Of a DNA stretch of 64,000 bases, positions 51,137-63,365 are shown one piece after another. The position numbers were made by a program, and so were the translations under genes. The stretch is from Antedon mediterranea. Taxonomy: Eukaryota > Animalia > Echinodermata. The notes beneath the pieces were generated by a model, which had not been told where the DNA came from, searched no databases, and worked only from the letters and a program-made list of their open reading frames with translations. The stretch spans positions 4,424,101 to 4,488,100 of the forward strand of contig NC_092677.1 of NCBI RefSeq assembly GCF_964355755.1. Direction: 5' to 3'. Position 1 is the stretch's first letter. Each line of letters opens with the position of its first letter.

Positions 51137-51679
51137 TCATTTCTCGCTTGAGCATGACTCAAGAACTGCAGTACCATAATTAAAAGTAGGAGGTGCTATA
51201 TGAATATAATATTTCTGAAAAGTTTCCTCCTTAGCCCAACCAGCTGACTTCATGATGTTGTTTAGATCAACATTTTTATTTAGAAGATGAGAAGCTGAGG
51301 CTGATCTGGTACTATGGGGCTTATATTGGACTGTGTCTATACCTGCATTACACATGAATTTCTTTACCCAGTGGGACACTGTATCCTTTGAAATCGGCTT
51401 ATGTGGGGAAATGTAACTTAACAGTAGCTGTGCCTTATCCTGGCGAAAAACACTTGTACATGAAAGATATTCTGTCAACAAAGACACAATGCATAATTTT
51501 TTGTCAGATGGGAACGCATTGAATTCCAATGGCTTTTGATGTGAGCCAACCCGTGTATGCTTTAATTTTTCAGTTACATAGAAAACAATTTTATGATCAC
51601 TCTTTTCCATATTTGCAATCGAGAGATTTAATATCGTCTGGCACCTTTGACCACTTAAAAGACACAATAAGAACGCCAA
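51137..51679 (-). pseudogene. DIRS tyrosine recombinase catalytic-domain fragment
   Basis: LLSGQR (catalytic Arg), KLKHTR, YKPHSTRSASAS and SAGWAKEETFQKYY. The N-terminal part is in the separate ORF 51801-52256. Confidence 0.9.
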
Positions 51680-52301
51680 TCTTTGTGATATTTCTTTCAG
51701 CGATGATTCTTGGATTGATGGTTGCCCTCTGATGTAATCTAGGGTAACATTGACATTCCAAGTATAACTGTACCTTGGTAAAGATGGGCTTTATGGTTTC
51801 TTATTCAAAAATACCCTTCATAAAGCGTTTCACAATAGGTAATTGACCAAAAGATGCATACTCTTGACCTACAGCAAAAAGAGAAAACAACATACTTCTA
51901 GCAGTATTAATAGAACTGTACGATAAACCTGAATTAAACATATCTGATAAAAACTCAAGTGGTAATGTCACATGTGGTGAAATAATGTCACAATTTTTTC
52001 TCTCACAAAATTCAAACCATCTGTTAGCCATAGTTTGATATATTGAACCTTTGTTCCTGCTCACCACGATGCTAGTATGATCAGGGAGTTTACAACTCCC
52101 TGGTATGATATCTATTGTGCCTGAGGTAAATCCCTTTGATAATAAGCTTCTGCTGATACATGACATATGAGCAGTCATAGTTTCTTGGGTAGAGGATGAG
52201 TCAAGCCCGGTTGTGCATGAATTTGTGTTTGCTTCCTTGAGTATCCCCAGCAGCATGGGGTACCACGATTGGGATGGCCAATCTGGTACTACTAGAATTC
52301 C

Positions 52302-52541
52302 CTACGCCTTGTCTTGTGTTATTTTCTGTATAACCCTGAGAACACAATTAAAAGGGGGAAAGCAATAAAATAATATATTTTGCCATGATATTGTAAACGC
52401 ATCAATATCTGTTGCATATGGATCTTGCCTATAAGAGATGTATTTATCAAATTGTTTATTTAGTCTTGATGCAAATAAATCAATTGTGGGTAGAACATTA
52501 AGTTTCGTTAGAACCTCACATAAAGTTTTAGAATTTAGCAT
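52302..52541 (-). pseudogene. DIRS N6-adenine methyltransferase-like domain fragment
   Basis: PTIDLFASRLNKQ...IDAFTISW...FYCFPPF. Confidence 0.8.
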
Positions 52542-53338
52542 CCATTCTGTATCTATATTCTGTCTTCGAGATTCAAATCAGCAGTAACATTAAGCACTCC
52601 TGGTATGTGGATTGCAGTAATCCAAATATTATTATAATATTATGCCCAAATTGTCCATGTAATATCATTACAAGGATCACTGTGACATGTTCCATATTAT
52701 TTATAATGGAAACAGCAGTAGTAATGTCAATCATGAGCTTTACCTGTTCACCTAGAACTTGTTTGGAAAAGGATTTCAGGCCAAAATATGCAGCTAATAG
52801 CTCTAAATAATTTATATGGTATTTTCTCTCATTTACTGTCCAATGACCACCTGTAGCGGCTTCACCCATTGCTACCACAACCAGAAAGGGAGGCGTCTGT
52901 GTAAATAGTTAAATCAATTGCTAAATGTCAAATTACATTAAAACATTGTGGTAGGTTTATCAGCCACCATTGTAGATCCTCAGTAGCCGAGGATGACAAA
53001 CACATTTTAGAGTCGAAATTTCCTCTGGCTGTCTTTAAAGCATTCATCTTATCCCTCTCCACTGCCCGATAATGGCATTTACCATATTGTACAGCAGGGA
53101 AGCTTGACACCATATACCCCAATAATCTGTGCTATCTCTCGAATTGTTGGAGTAGGTGTTGCCAATATCCTGGTAATACAGTCAGTAAGTCGATCAATTT
53201 TGGACTTGTAATTTTCATATTACCTGAATTAATATTAAAACCTAAGAATGTGATACTTTGTGTAGGTATAAAACTGATTTTTCAGGATGTATGACAAAAC
53301 CTAAATTATCAAACATCTTTATTGTTTCCATAATAGTA

Positions 53339-53947
53339 TCAATGCATCTCTAATAATAGTAGATCATCAATATAGGCACATAAAATATGTCCTCTCTTTC
53401 TCAGAAAACTAAGTGGTGGTTTTAATAGTTTGGTGAATGTTCGTGGGCAAAAGGAAAGACCATTTGGATATGCTGTAAATTTATAAAGTTCTCCCTGATA
53501 GTGAAATTTTAGATACTTCGGAGAATCCTTGTGTATTCCCACACTATAATATGCATCCTTTAAGTCAATAGAGGCCATCCAACAATTCTTCGTTATCATA
53601 CTTAATGCGGTATTGATTGTGTCCATTTTAAAGTGTTTATATTCAATATATTTGTTTAGTGATTTTAAATTTAAAATTATGAGTGCCCTATTATCTTTCT
53701 TAGGAACTGAAAAAATTGGAGATACATATTCCCCTGGTTCATATGCACATTTAACCAGTACACGTTTAGTTAACAGTGTCTGTATTTCATGTTCTACTAA
53801 GTTGATGTGATTCTTTACCAAAAAATTTGATGGACGTGTAATGGTTGGTGGTGGAGGACTTAAAAATTGTATTATTTCACCCTTCACTGAATTTAGGATT
53901 GTATGGTCAGAAGTTAGTTCTTGCCATTTTTCTATAAATTTTTTCAA
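53339..53947 (-). pseudogene. DIRS reverse transcriptase fragment
   Basis: SPIFSVPKKD, ILNLKSLN, HFKMD, DLKDAY, YIDD. Confidence 0.92.
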
Positions 53948-54319
53948 TTGGCCACCAACAAATGTTCTACTCGATAGCCTAAGTATTGTTTAAGATCATT
54001 TAACTCAGAGTGTGCTTTTACCTGTGAATCTATCGCCGGTAATTTGTCGATATGTCTGAGGGTTGTACCCTCTCTGAGGTAAACAAGGCCAACAGCCATA
54101 AGTCGCGCGCTAAAACGCATAGTGATACCAGACCGACCGACATAGTGAACTATAGAGTCGCGTCCACGCGACTAAAAAGGTCTTCTCTGTGTAGTGTATG
54201 GGGCATATCTGCCTACTTCTCCCTGGTTTTTCATAATCCTCCCTTCCAGTTTTGAATCAGTCATAACCTGTTTTAAGTCATTGCCAAATAGCATTCTTTC
54301 AGGTTTGTTTGTTCTTAAA

Positions 54320-55385
54320 CAGGCCCGTAGCCAGGGGGGTTTTATGGTTCGGGCGAACTCCCCCTTTACAGCGAACCCCCCTTAACCAACTGCGAACCCC
54401 CATCCCCGACATGCCCAATACCTCACCCTCATCTCCAAAAATCCACCAAATACGTGCCCCACAGTACAAAAAGTTGTTTGTAAATTGAAAAATTCGTAAA
54501 CTTGTTCGTGAACCTTCTTCTCTGTATGAGCGTCAACTAGTGATACGTGTCTGTAAATTTCTAAAAGCTGCAAATGAATTGCCGATTTTAACCTGAAAAA
54601 TAAATGTTTGGTCCCTGCATGTAACATGATATTGACGCGTCTCATAGCGAGCTGGCGCACGAACGATTCGTACAAAGGACACCGCCAGACAACTGCGTAC
54701 CTATAATTGTTTAGATCACTGGCAGTCAGGCAGCATGCATAAAGTATATAGCCTTCCGACGTACATCAGTATTTATGTGTGACTATGAAGTATAATGTAT
54801 CATAGAGGATTATAGTGAATATTAATATTTTACACTATAATATCTATGGTATCAAGTACTGTAGTTCACATTATGGCATCCGATTATTTTTTCCTAGACC
54901 ACCAGCCGATACGTACTAAAATGTATCAATATCACCTATTTACATATTTATATTCCTCAACAAATTGCTGTAAATAAATATTATAGATAGAGCTAGCAAA
55001 TAGCATTTGCCTTCACCCAGTGTGCTTTTTTCGGGGCTGCTCCTAGATATACGTTCGCATTGAACTTGAACGCAAAACAAAATACGGAGTAAATGATCAA
55101 ACAATCGGCGGTTCCGCACAGAGCACGCGCATCTAACATACGGCAACAAATAGTTATCGTCATTTAAATTATCGACGTGTTTGAGGAGGAGGAAAAAAGT
55201 ACGATCTTTTTGGTCATTGGTTATATAGCATGCTGCACGAGAGTGTCTTTTCCGGCCATCTAGGGGTGTCATTTAACAAAATTCGCTTCGCATCAGGCTG
55301 GGGGTGGTGGGGGAGGGGGGGGTGGGGGTTGACCCAAATATTTAATGTCCGAACCCCCCCTTGACAGATCCTGGCTACGGCCCTG
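54320..55385. mobile_element. Non-autonomous CAGG-TIR DNA transposon with 5-bp TTAAA TSD, inserted in DIRS gag
   Basis: ttaaa|caggcccgtagccagg...cctggctacggccctg|ttaaa. Removing it plus one TSD restores the gag frame LKNACLRTNKPERMLFGNDL. Confidence 0.88.
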
Positions 55386-56239
55386 TTAAACATGCATTTT
55401 TGAGGTCTGTGCTTAGTAGCGGTCTTAATGTGTCCCTCCTTTTATATGATAACTCTTTGTTGACAAAACCCAAGAGGGCTACAGAGTCAAACAGGCAGGT
55501 AGCTGTTAGCATATAATCAGGAGCATTTTTGGATTTTTCGATACAAATAGCAATGGCACTTGTGGCCTTTACGACGGAGTCCTGTAGGGCTGCTACACAC
55601 AGATCCCTTTATTTATTAAAAGACTTCAGTCAATTCCAAATTTGGTCATTTACTTTTGGTACATATACTTCTTTTAGATTACCAGGTATCTAGACTCAGT
55701 GCAGATTCAAATTTAGCATTTATTATCTTTGCGATTTTTTCCGATATGTCAGGCCCAACAGTGTTGTCAACACATAGGGACGTATCTATTAGATTAAGGA
55801 TGGAGTCTACATTTTCCTCCTCCACCTCTTCAAAATCATCCCCTCCGAATATGCTCAAGGCCTCGTCCTCCGATATGGGGCAATTATTTGAGTTATCATT
55901 AGAGGTATGTGCTGCATGTGCAGTATTTGATGCTTCCTGTGAAGCTGGAGTGTATGCTTCCTGTGAAGCTAGTGTGTATGCTTCCTGTGAAGCTGGTGTG
56001 TTAATTGCTTCATTTGAAGACAATTGAATAGGCTTGGCTCTACTAAGCTCGCCCAACAGTGTATTAGTCTCTGTCATACTACGATGCATTGCAGCTAACA
56101 CATTTACAAGCGATGAGCCCTTCGCTGTAGTGTTGGCGATAGCAGCGGGGTCTCTTCGGGATCCGTCTCTTCATCGCCTACTACGGCGGGAACCGCGCCG
56201 GCAGGAAAACCCTCGCTTGATCTAGCTAGGCCTAGCTAG

Positions 56240-56300
56240 GGTTTACGATGAAATCGGTCGCGTCTGAAATCGGTCGCGTTTGAAATCGGTCGCGATAAAA
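56240..56300. repeat. Three tandem tgaaatcggtcgcg motifs, probably the terminus of another DNA element interrupting the DIRS
   Basis: gatgaaatcggtcgcgtctgaaatcggtcgcgtttgaaatcggtcgcg. Composition shifts abruptly from DIRS-like to AT-rich sequence. Confidence 0.5.
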
Positions 56301-56714
56301 TCAACTTCCGGTATTTTGTATGGCGCGCCGCTAGAGCTATACTTTTGATTATACATTTAAAACATAGGTAACCAAATCAAGACACGTGGAAATATAAGGA
56401 GGCAAGGAAAACAAAAGCAATTAAAATCGCTGTAGCTCACAGGCTTGCTTATCCATAATAATTCCGAATAAAGCACTTTTTCTATAATTTGACAGTATGA
56501 AAAATACGAATTTACGTATATATCGTCGGCGATACTATAGATTTTAATTTGAATATCTTTTATTTCTTCATTTATAATAATCATTTAATGTAAATAATTA
56601 AGTAAGTGCAACTCAGTGTCTCGCATTCATACGTCGTTCGTAAATCTAAATGTTTAAATATCAGTGCAGATTACCTCTTTGAGAATCGTGTCCACATTAT
56701 CCATACATTATTAT

Positions 56715-56894
56715 GTGAGTGAGTGGCCGAGCGGTTAAGACAGTGGAACCGTAATTACGTAGCCATAACATCGGCAGGGGTTCGAGGCTCACTCACTCCA
56801 TGTTTCTGGTGGTAGAACGAGTCTTCTCGGATAAGGACTATAAACCGTAGGTCCAGTGTACACATCTAGCTCGTGTGCACTTTAAAGAACCTAG
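56715..56894 (+). mobile_element. tRNA-derived SINE with Deu/Nin-like central domain, interrupted by the BEL element
   Basis: A-box tggccgagcgg, B-box ggttcgaggct and stem gagtgag/ctcactc, then ctcggataaggactataaaccgtaggtcc..gcactttaaagaacc, which resembles the Deu/Nin core as I recall it. Confidence 0.75.
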
Positions 56895-57601
56895 TGTAAC
56901 CTTGACGTCACGTGCGGTTCTGGGAGTCAAAACGAATTAAACGCGTTCACAAAGGTATAGATATAAATAATGTTTATTCAACACGGCAATGAAACGAACG
57001 ATTTGACAAATTGGTAAAACGATTGGTTGAATGGTCGAACAATTGGTTGAGCACACAATGGATAGATGTTGAACGAACACACAGCAGTGGAACGAACGAT
57101 AGATCGAACGGTTTAAACTGTAAATTAATGGATAATTAAAGCCGTCATTGTAATTAAATAATCAATTGGTATAACAATTGGAACATCTAAGCTAAATAGC
57201 TCAACAATCATATTAAACTAGATTTATAGAAAATGATCGATTCATCATTACTGTATTACCATTACTTCAATTTAACAGTAGGCCTAGCCTAGGCCTAGAT
57301 TATAGTATAATTGAGTCAGTAATTTGTAATTATCTAGTAGGCTACAGTTAAATGATACAAAAGATTATATTATCTAAATATAAAGCATCATAAACTTACA
57401 TCTGTTTCTTCACCAGAACCTATAGATTACAGTACATATTTTTAACTATCAGTGTATTTATCTAGGCTATGAACTATCCCAAAGAACAACTCTGAGAAAA
57501 TCTGCCCGTTACTATGGCAATCTGACCTTACTAGGAGAAAAGTCACCTCTTGCTCACCAAACATGAAATAGAGGGCGACATTATACTATTCAAAGTTAAC
57601 A
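56895..57601 (-). repeat. 3' LTR of the BEL/Pao element (707 bp)
   Basis: tgtaacc...gttaaca, a direct repeat of 63366 onward. Confidence 0.95.
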
Positions 57602-57765
57602 TTCCGGCCCCTTAAAGGCACCGTATGGATAGCCTTTACATAAAAATAAACATGTCAACAAAAACCTAACATTGTTAAAATTTATAAGGAAAAGATAAAT
57701 TCCAAAATTGGATCTTATAAAACGCAGAAGAACAATCTGTAATGTTCAAAAGTTCATATTTCCAA

Positions 57766-60700
57766 TTAGTTGGTCGCATTCTCAAGAAGGACCAGTTTGT
57801 CAATTGGTCTCACAAGCGTTGATGTGTTTGTCTTTACTTTCACTGACCGTACAAGTCCATCCTTTTGGTTGCTGTACACTTCAAGAACTCTTCCCAATGG
57901 CCATGAACTTCGTGGTGTGTTTTCGTCAAGAACAAGCACAACATCGTCTACAGCAAAGTTTCTCTTTTGCACATTCCATTTTTGTCTTTGTTGCAGTGAC
58001 GGTAAATACTCCCGTACCCATCGTCGCCAGAACACATTTGATAAGTACTGTACTTGTTTCCATCGTCGACGATACATATCCTCCTTTGAAAAGTTACCAG
58101 GAGGTAAGCTGTTCCCTCCTCGCAACAGCAGTAAATGATTCGGAGTTAAAGGCGTCATGTCACGAGGGTCATCCGATATCTTAGTAATCGGCCGACCATT
58201 AACAATAGCCTCTGCTTCACACATTAAAGTGTTTAGGCCTTCATCATCAAGCACTTGTTGTTTCAGCACAGCCATCATGACTTTCCTCACTGTCCGAATA
58301 CAGCGCTCCCATACTCCTCCATGATGAGATCCCATTGGTGGATTGAATAACCATTTCACATTTCGTTGCAACAAGAATTCATGGATTTGTCCTTGATTCC
58401 ACTCTTTAATTGCTTTATTCAGTTCCTTCTCTCCCTTTTTGAAGTTTCCTCCATTATCTGATCGAATCTCTTCTGGCTGTCCTCTTCATGCTATGAATCT
58501 TCTCATAGCATTCATGAATGACTCCGTGTCAAGTGAGTTTGAAACTTCGATGTGGATTGCTCGTACAGTGAGACACGTGAAAAGGACACCATATCTCTTC
58601 ACATTTGACCTCCCCCTTTTTACTTCGAATGGGCCGAAGCAGTCAACACCAACGTACGTGAACGGTGGCTTCGAAGGTGTTACTCGGTCTTGCGGAAGTG
58701 AAGCCATTTTTTGTTTCCCAACTGATGATTGGCGTCTCTTACAGCTGAAACACTCGTTTAGAACTTTCTTCACTGCAGTACGTGCATCAATCGGCCAGAA
58801 CTTCTGTCGAACTAGGGACAGTGTGTATTCTAGTCCACTGTGTCCTGATAAATGGTGATAGTATGTAGTAATGAGCTTCACTATGTGGTGATTCTTTGGT
58901 AGGATTATCTGATGTTTCATGTCACCGTTGATAGGTGAATTTTGAAGACGGCCCCCTACTCTGATCACTCCCTCACTTAAGATGGGATCGAGTTTGTAGA
59001 TCTTGCTGGATTTTGGTAGTGCTCGTTGCTTTTTGGTATTGCAGGGTTGAGATAGGCTTACATGCTTCAGGCAAACTTGCTCGTCTTCAAAGCATTTCTG
59101 TACATGCTTCGTGATAGCAATTTCAGCACCTTTCATCTCCAAAACATTGATTGGATCAACTGTGTCATTTCTATTAAATGAAACATCGTCTCCAGCCTTA
59201 CGCCTGCGAACCACTTCTCGTAACTTTTCTTTGTACCTCAAAATCCATGCAAACGACTTCTTCAACTTCTCCAATGATGAGTAGTAGTTAATGACTGATG
59301 AAATCGAGTCAATTACATTTATACCAGTAGCACAGACTGTGGATTTTGCCTTTACCTCTGGGTCATCTTGTGGGATTTCACCCATGTTTGCTGGTCTTTG
59401 TGGCCATGTCCTCTCAGGTTGCTTTAGGAATTCTGGACCTTCCTTCCAACGTTGATTGATCAGTAATTCATTTACTGTCATACCTCTTGATGCTTCATCT
59501 GCAGGGTTGTGTAACCCATCCACAAATCTCCATTGACTTGCGTCACTTTGATCAAGTATGGTTGTGACTCGATTAGCTACAAACGTCTGAAATCGTGTTT
59601 CCTTGTTTTCTAAATAGCGTAGAACACATGTGCTATCCGTCCAAAACGTACAACTATCAATAGGTGTTTGCAGTTCTTGTTTAATCATTTTGTCTAATCG
59701 TGTGGAAACAACAGCTGCCGATAACTCCATTCTTGGTATAGTCATCGTCTTGAGAGGAGCTAACCTGGATTTTGCCATCACAATAGCACAACTGATGTCT
59801 CCATTTACATTGATTTGTCGAAGATAAGATACTGCACCATATCCATGACTTGAAGCATCTGAGAAGTGATGTAGTTCTCGTTTAACTACATTTTCAAAGT
59901 TTAGAGGCTTGAAGCATCTTGGAATGCTGAACTGCTCCAGCTTAGGAAGATCCTGGAGCCAATCCTCCCACCTTGCTTTGCAAGCATCTGGAATCTTGTC
60001 ATCCCATCCTAAACCCTTTTGGCACAGTTCTTGTTGAATGGCCTTTGCAGGCAAGATGCATGGACCAACAAATCCAAGTGGATCGTACACCGAACTTGTT
60101 ATTGATAACATTCCACGTCTTGTCGCTGGACGTTCTTTCTTGTTGATACTATAACCAAATGTGTCAGTTGACAGGCTCCATTTGACACCTAATGCTCGTT
60201 CAGTTAACATCATGCCACCGAAGTTCAGATCCAAGTCCTTCACCGATTTTGCCCTTTCGGCATCCGGAACTGATTCAATAACATTTATTGAATTTGATGT
60301 CCACTTTGTCAGACGGAACCCGCCCTGGTTTAGTAGTTCCTGAAGTTGTTTGATCAGTTGTTTGGCTTCTGGCTCTGTCTTTACAGAATGAAGACAATCA
60401 TCCACATAAAAGCTTTCCTTCGCTGTTTTGATTGTCTCTGCATCAAAGTCATCTCGGTTGTCTTCTGCATTACGTTTTAGTGCATAGTTGGCGCAGCTGG
60501 GAGATGACACACCCCCAAACAGATGAACCATCATCTTGTACTCTTCAGGCTGCTTCTCGGTATTGCCATCTGGCCACCAGAGGTATTTAAGGTAGTCTGA
60601 ATCATTTTTTCGTACTCGTACCTGGTAATACATCGATTCAATGTCCGCCATGAAAGCGATTTGTTCTCGCCGGAAACGGGTTAGTACCCCGACTAGTGTG

Positions 60701-61038
60701 TTAGTAAGGTCCGGCCCCTGTAGAAGCTGGTCGTTTAATGATGTGCCTCCATATCTCGCCGAACAGTCAAAAACAACACGTACCTTGTCAGGTTTTTGAG
60801 GATGAAATACTGGGTGATGTGGTAAGTACCATCCTTCAGGTACCGAACCATTAACTTCCACCTTATCAGCATAGCCCTTTCTTACCAAGTCGTTCATGAA
60901 CATGCGATATTTCTCAAATACAATTGGATCATTGTCTAGACGTCGTTTGAGGGACTGAAGTCTGCGTTCAGCTTGTATTTTGTTGGTCTTGGTTTGGTGG
61001 ATAAGACTTCCATGGTAACGCAATCTCATAATGTCCAT
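57766..61038 (-). pseudogene. BEL/Pao pol (RT-RNase H-integrase) with an in-frame TGA at 58488-58486
   Basis: [91 protein letters not shown]. ORFs 58486-61038 and 57766-58374 are in the same frame. Confidence 0.93.
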
Positions 61039-63322
61039 CTTTCAAAACAGCGCTTTTTTCCATAATTCGCAATGCCTGTTTGTCATTTTGCGACATCGCA
61101 GCCTTCGGGTTGTACAGGCTGTCATTGAATTCTAGATTACAGTAGTCCTTGAACTGTGTTGACAACTCTTCATGTGAATCAATGTAGTTAGCGCAGTGTG
61201 TTGATCCAGAGTTCTTCCTTCCCAATGGGCCGTTGACAACCCAGCCAAATATTGTTCTAGTGGCAAATGGACCACCATCGTGGCATTCGCGTACTTCCAG
61301 CGGTTGTAGCAATTCTGGCACATCACTTCCAATGAGAATACCAATATCTGCATTTATTTTATCTACTTTAATCCCAGCTAGGTGAGGCCATTTGTTGATG
61401 TCATCTGGAGTAGCGATCGTATCGGTAGAAATTGGTAGGGTTTGCACTGAATAGACGTTTGGAAGTAAGACGGAATGTCCATGATTTAAATCCAAAATCT
61501 CCAACTTTGTAAGTTCACACTGGATTGGTCTATTTACTCCGTTCATGGTTGTCAATGATAAGTCTACAGTATTCGATGATATCCCTAATTGCTTTAGTAG
61601 ACCAGTGGTGCAGAAAGTTGTGTTGGATCCACTATCAAGAAATGCATAGGTTTCTACAAGCTTGGCACTTCCTGGAGCCTTGACTCTCACAGGTACGGCA
61701 GCAAGACCAGTAACGGTTGATGTGCTTCTCGATGCCGACATGTTGACCTGTTCACCACTGAAGGTTGCTGGAGATGTCTGAACTGGTTGTACAGCAACAG
61801 TACCAGCATTACTTGCAGTCTCACCTTTGGGATGTAAATATGTTGAGTGTTTCTTCGTGCATCCGGATATTTTGCAGAAACTTTGCTTTTGACAATCTTT
61901 CACAAAATGTCCAACTGTAAGACAGTTGATACAGATTTTCTTGTCATTTACACATTTCCATCGGTCGTTGAGTGACTTCCGTCGGAACTGCTCACATCTG
62001 GAGAGCCAATGGTCCTCACAGCATAGCGGACACGTTGGTTGTGATGTTACAGGTGTGTTTGACTGAGAATTGTGAACGGCATAACTGCTAGATTTGTGGT
62101 TGGTCGATAATTTATCCGAATTTGGAGAATTGGTAGACTTTACTGGCTCTATTTTACCAAAGACTGGATGAGTTGCTACCCTAGCCTTATCGGTGACAAA
62201 CTTGGTAATATCCTTAATGTTTACATCTCTCTTTTCCTTTACGATGATAGTGTCAACCACTTCCCGCCATCTTAGCCTTAGTCGATACGGAAGACGTTCA
62301 ATGATTTTCCGAAGATTGTCAGGATTATCTAGCTTGCTAAGGTATCCAATTTCCTGAAGTGTATTTGCACAGCTTGTTAGTTGAGTAGAGAAGCGTTGTA
62401 GAGCTATGCCATCCTCGACTTTGATAATCGGCCAATCCAGCAAGAGTTGAACGTGGGCAGCAGCTATCTTGTATGCTTGTCCATATCTTTCCTTTAGCAG
62501 GCGTCTCGCCTCAACATATCCTTTATCATCACTCATCGATAGACAGCTTCTCATCAACTCTTGTACAGCCCCAGTCGTGTACTGTACCAAGTAGTGCAGT
62601 CTTGCACTCTGGCTCACAGTTTTGTTCTCAACAAGATGTTTGAATGAAGTGACAAACTCGCAGTATTCAGCAGGATTGCCACTGTATAACTTCATTGACG
62701 GGTTAGGCAAGGTAAGCGCAGTAACACTTTGTTGCTGTTGTTGGACGATCTGTCTCAATGCTTCATTTTGCTTATCTTGTGCTCTCATCATTGTGGATGC
62801 CAGTCTATCTATGGCATCGATCTGCTTGTGTTGGTGGAATACAGGAGCATCCAGATTAAATGGTTGGAACACTGCTGGTTGAGGTGTAGGCTGCCACAGC
62901 ATAGGATTCCCTAACAGTTCTGTCTCCTCCTTTGGAACATAATCTGCTCGATAATCAGGAGCAAATCGTTGGTCGGGCAGATTTCCTGATGGAAGTTTGG
63001 GAGTGGTTGTTTCAATTTGAAGCTTTGGTAGAGAAAGATCTTCGAGTTCACGATCTACTGCCTCATCCTCGTCCTGTTCAGCTTCGTTGTAAACTTTGTC
63101 GGCAGCTTCAATTGCCCCGATTTCAATTTGCAATTCCACATCAGCCTTCTTTTGTTTGAGCACCAATTCCTGCATTTCCAAGTCATGCATTTCTTTCTGT
63201 CTGGCAGCTCGTTCCCTTAATGCTGCAGCTTCAGCCTTAACCCGGATCCTAGATCTGCTGCTCGATGATGAGCGTTTGGAGCTTACGCAACTCACTGAAT
63301 CACTTGGTTCAACGTCAAACAT
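60968..63322 (-). CDS. BEL/Pao gag-protease
   Basis: [56 protein letters not shown] frameshift relative to pol lies near 60990. Confidence 0.92.
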   Translation of the reverse strand: MFDVEPSDSVSCVSSKRSSSSSRSRIRVKAEAAALRERAARQKEMHDLEMQELVLKQKKADVELQIEIGAIEAADKVYNEAEQDEDEAVDRELEDLSLPKLQIETTTPKLPSGNLPDQRFAPDYRADYVPKEETELLGNPMLWQPTPQPAVFQPFNLDAPVFHQHKQIDAIDRLASTMMRAQDKQNEALRQIVQQQQQSVTALTLPNPSMKLYSGNPAEYCEFVTSFKHLVENKTVSQSARLHYLVQYTTGAVQELMRSCLSMSDDKGYVEARRLLKERYGQAYKIAAAHVQLLLDWPIIKVEDGIALQRFSTQLTSCANTLQEIGYLSKLDNPDNLRKIIERLPYRLRLRWREVVDTIIVKEKRDVNIKDITKFVTDKARVATHPVFGKIEPVKSTNSPNSDKLSTNHKSSSYAVHNSQSNTPVTSQPTCPLCCEDHWLSRCEQFRRKSLNDRWKCVNDKKICINCLTVGHFVKDCQKQSFCKISGCTKKHSTYLHPKGETASNAGTVAVQPVQTSPATFSGEQVNMSASRSTSTVTGLAAVPVRVKAPGSAKLVETYAFLDSGSNTTFCTTGLLKQLGISSNTVDLSLTTMNGVNRPIQCELTKLEILDLNHGHSVLLPNVYSVQTLPISTDTIATPDDINKWPHLAGIKVDKINADIGILIGSDVPELLQPLEVRECHDGGPFATRTIFGWVVNGPLGRKNSGSTHCANYIDSHEELSTQFKDYCNLEFNDSLYNPKAAMSQNDKQALRIMEKSAVLKDGHYEIALPWKSYPPNQDQQNTS

Positions 63323-63365
63323 CTTAGAGATAGATTATTGCAGTAGAAGATAGATTTTAAACTTA

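Larger units (their letters stand above)
50548..56220 (-). mobile_element. DIRS-type tyrosine-recombinase retrotransposon (gag, RT, RNase H, adenine methyltransferase-like, YR), frameshifted; 5' end not seen
   Basis: gag fragments lie at ~56200-54200 (..MLFGNDLK..). RT is at 53947-53339 (SIDLKDAYY, GLSFCPRTFTK, YIDDLL), RNase H at ~52900-52573 (TDAS, HINYLELLAA), the methyltransferase-like region at 52541-52302 (IDLFAS, DAF, FPPF) and YR at 52256-51137 (HSTR, AGW..F.KYY). The ICR/3' terminal hairpin is at 50548-50870. Confidence 0.92.

Noticed and set aside
56715-56800. tRNA gene
   Set aside because: The anticodon and variable arms are irregular, and the sequence runs straight into a SINE core, so it is a SINE head.
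60968-61038. Programmed ribosomal frameshift between gag-PR and pol
   Set aside because: BEL/Pao elements normally use one ORF. The shift falls inside a conserved LPWK..N..AxxRL block with no clear slippery heptamer, and a second nonsense lesion is present.
57708-63353. Plus-strand ORFs overlapping the BEL element
   Set aside because: They are antisense shadows of gag-pol with no recognisable motifs.
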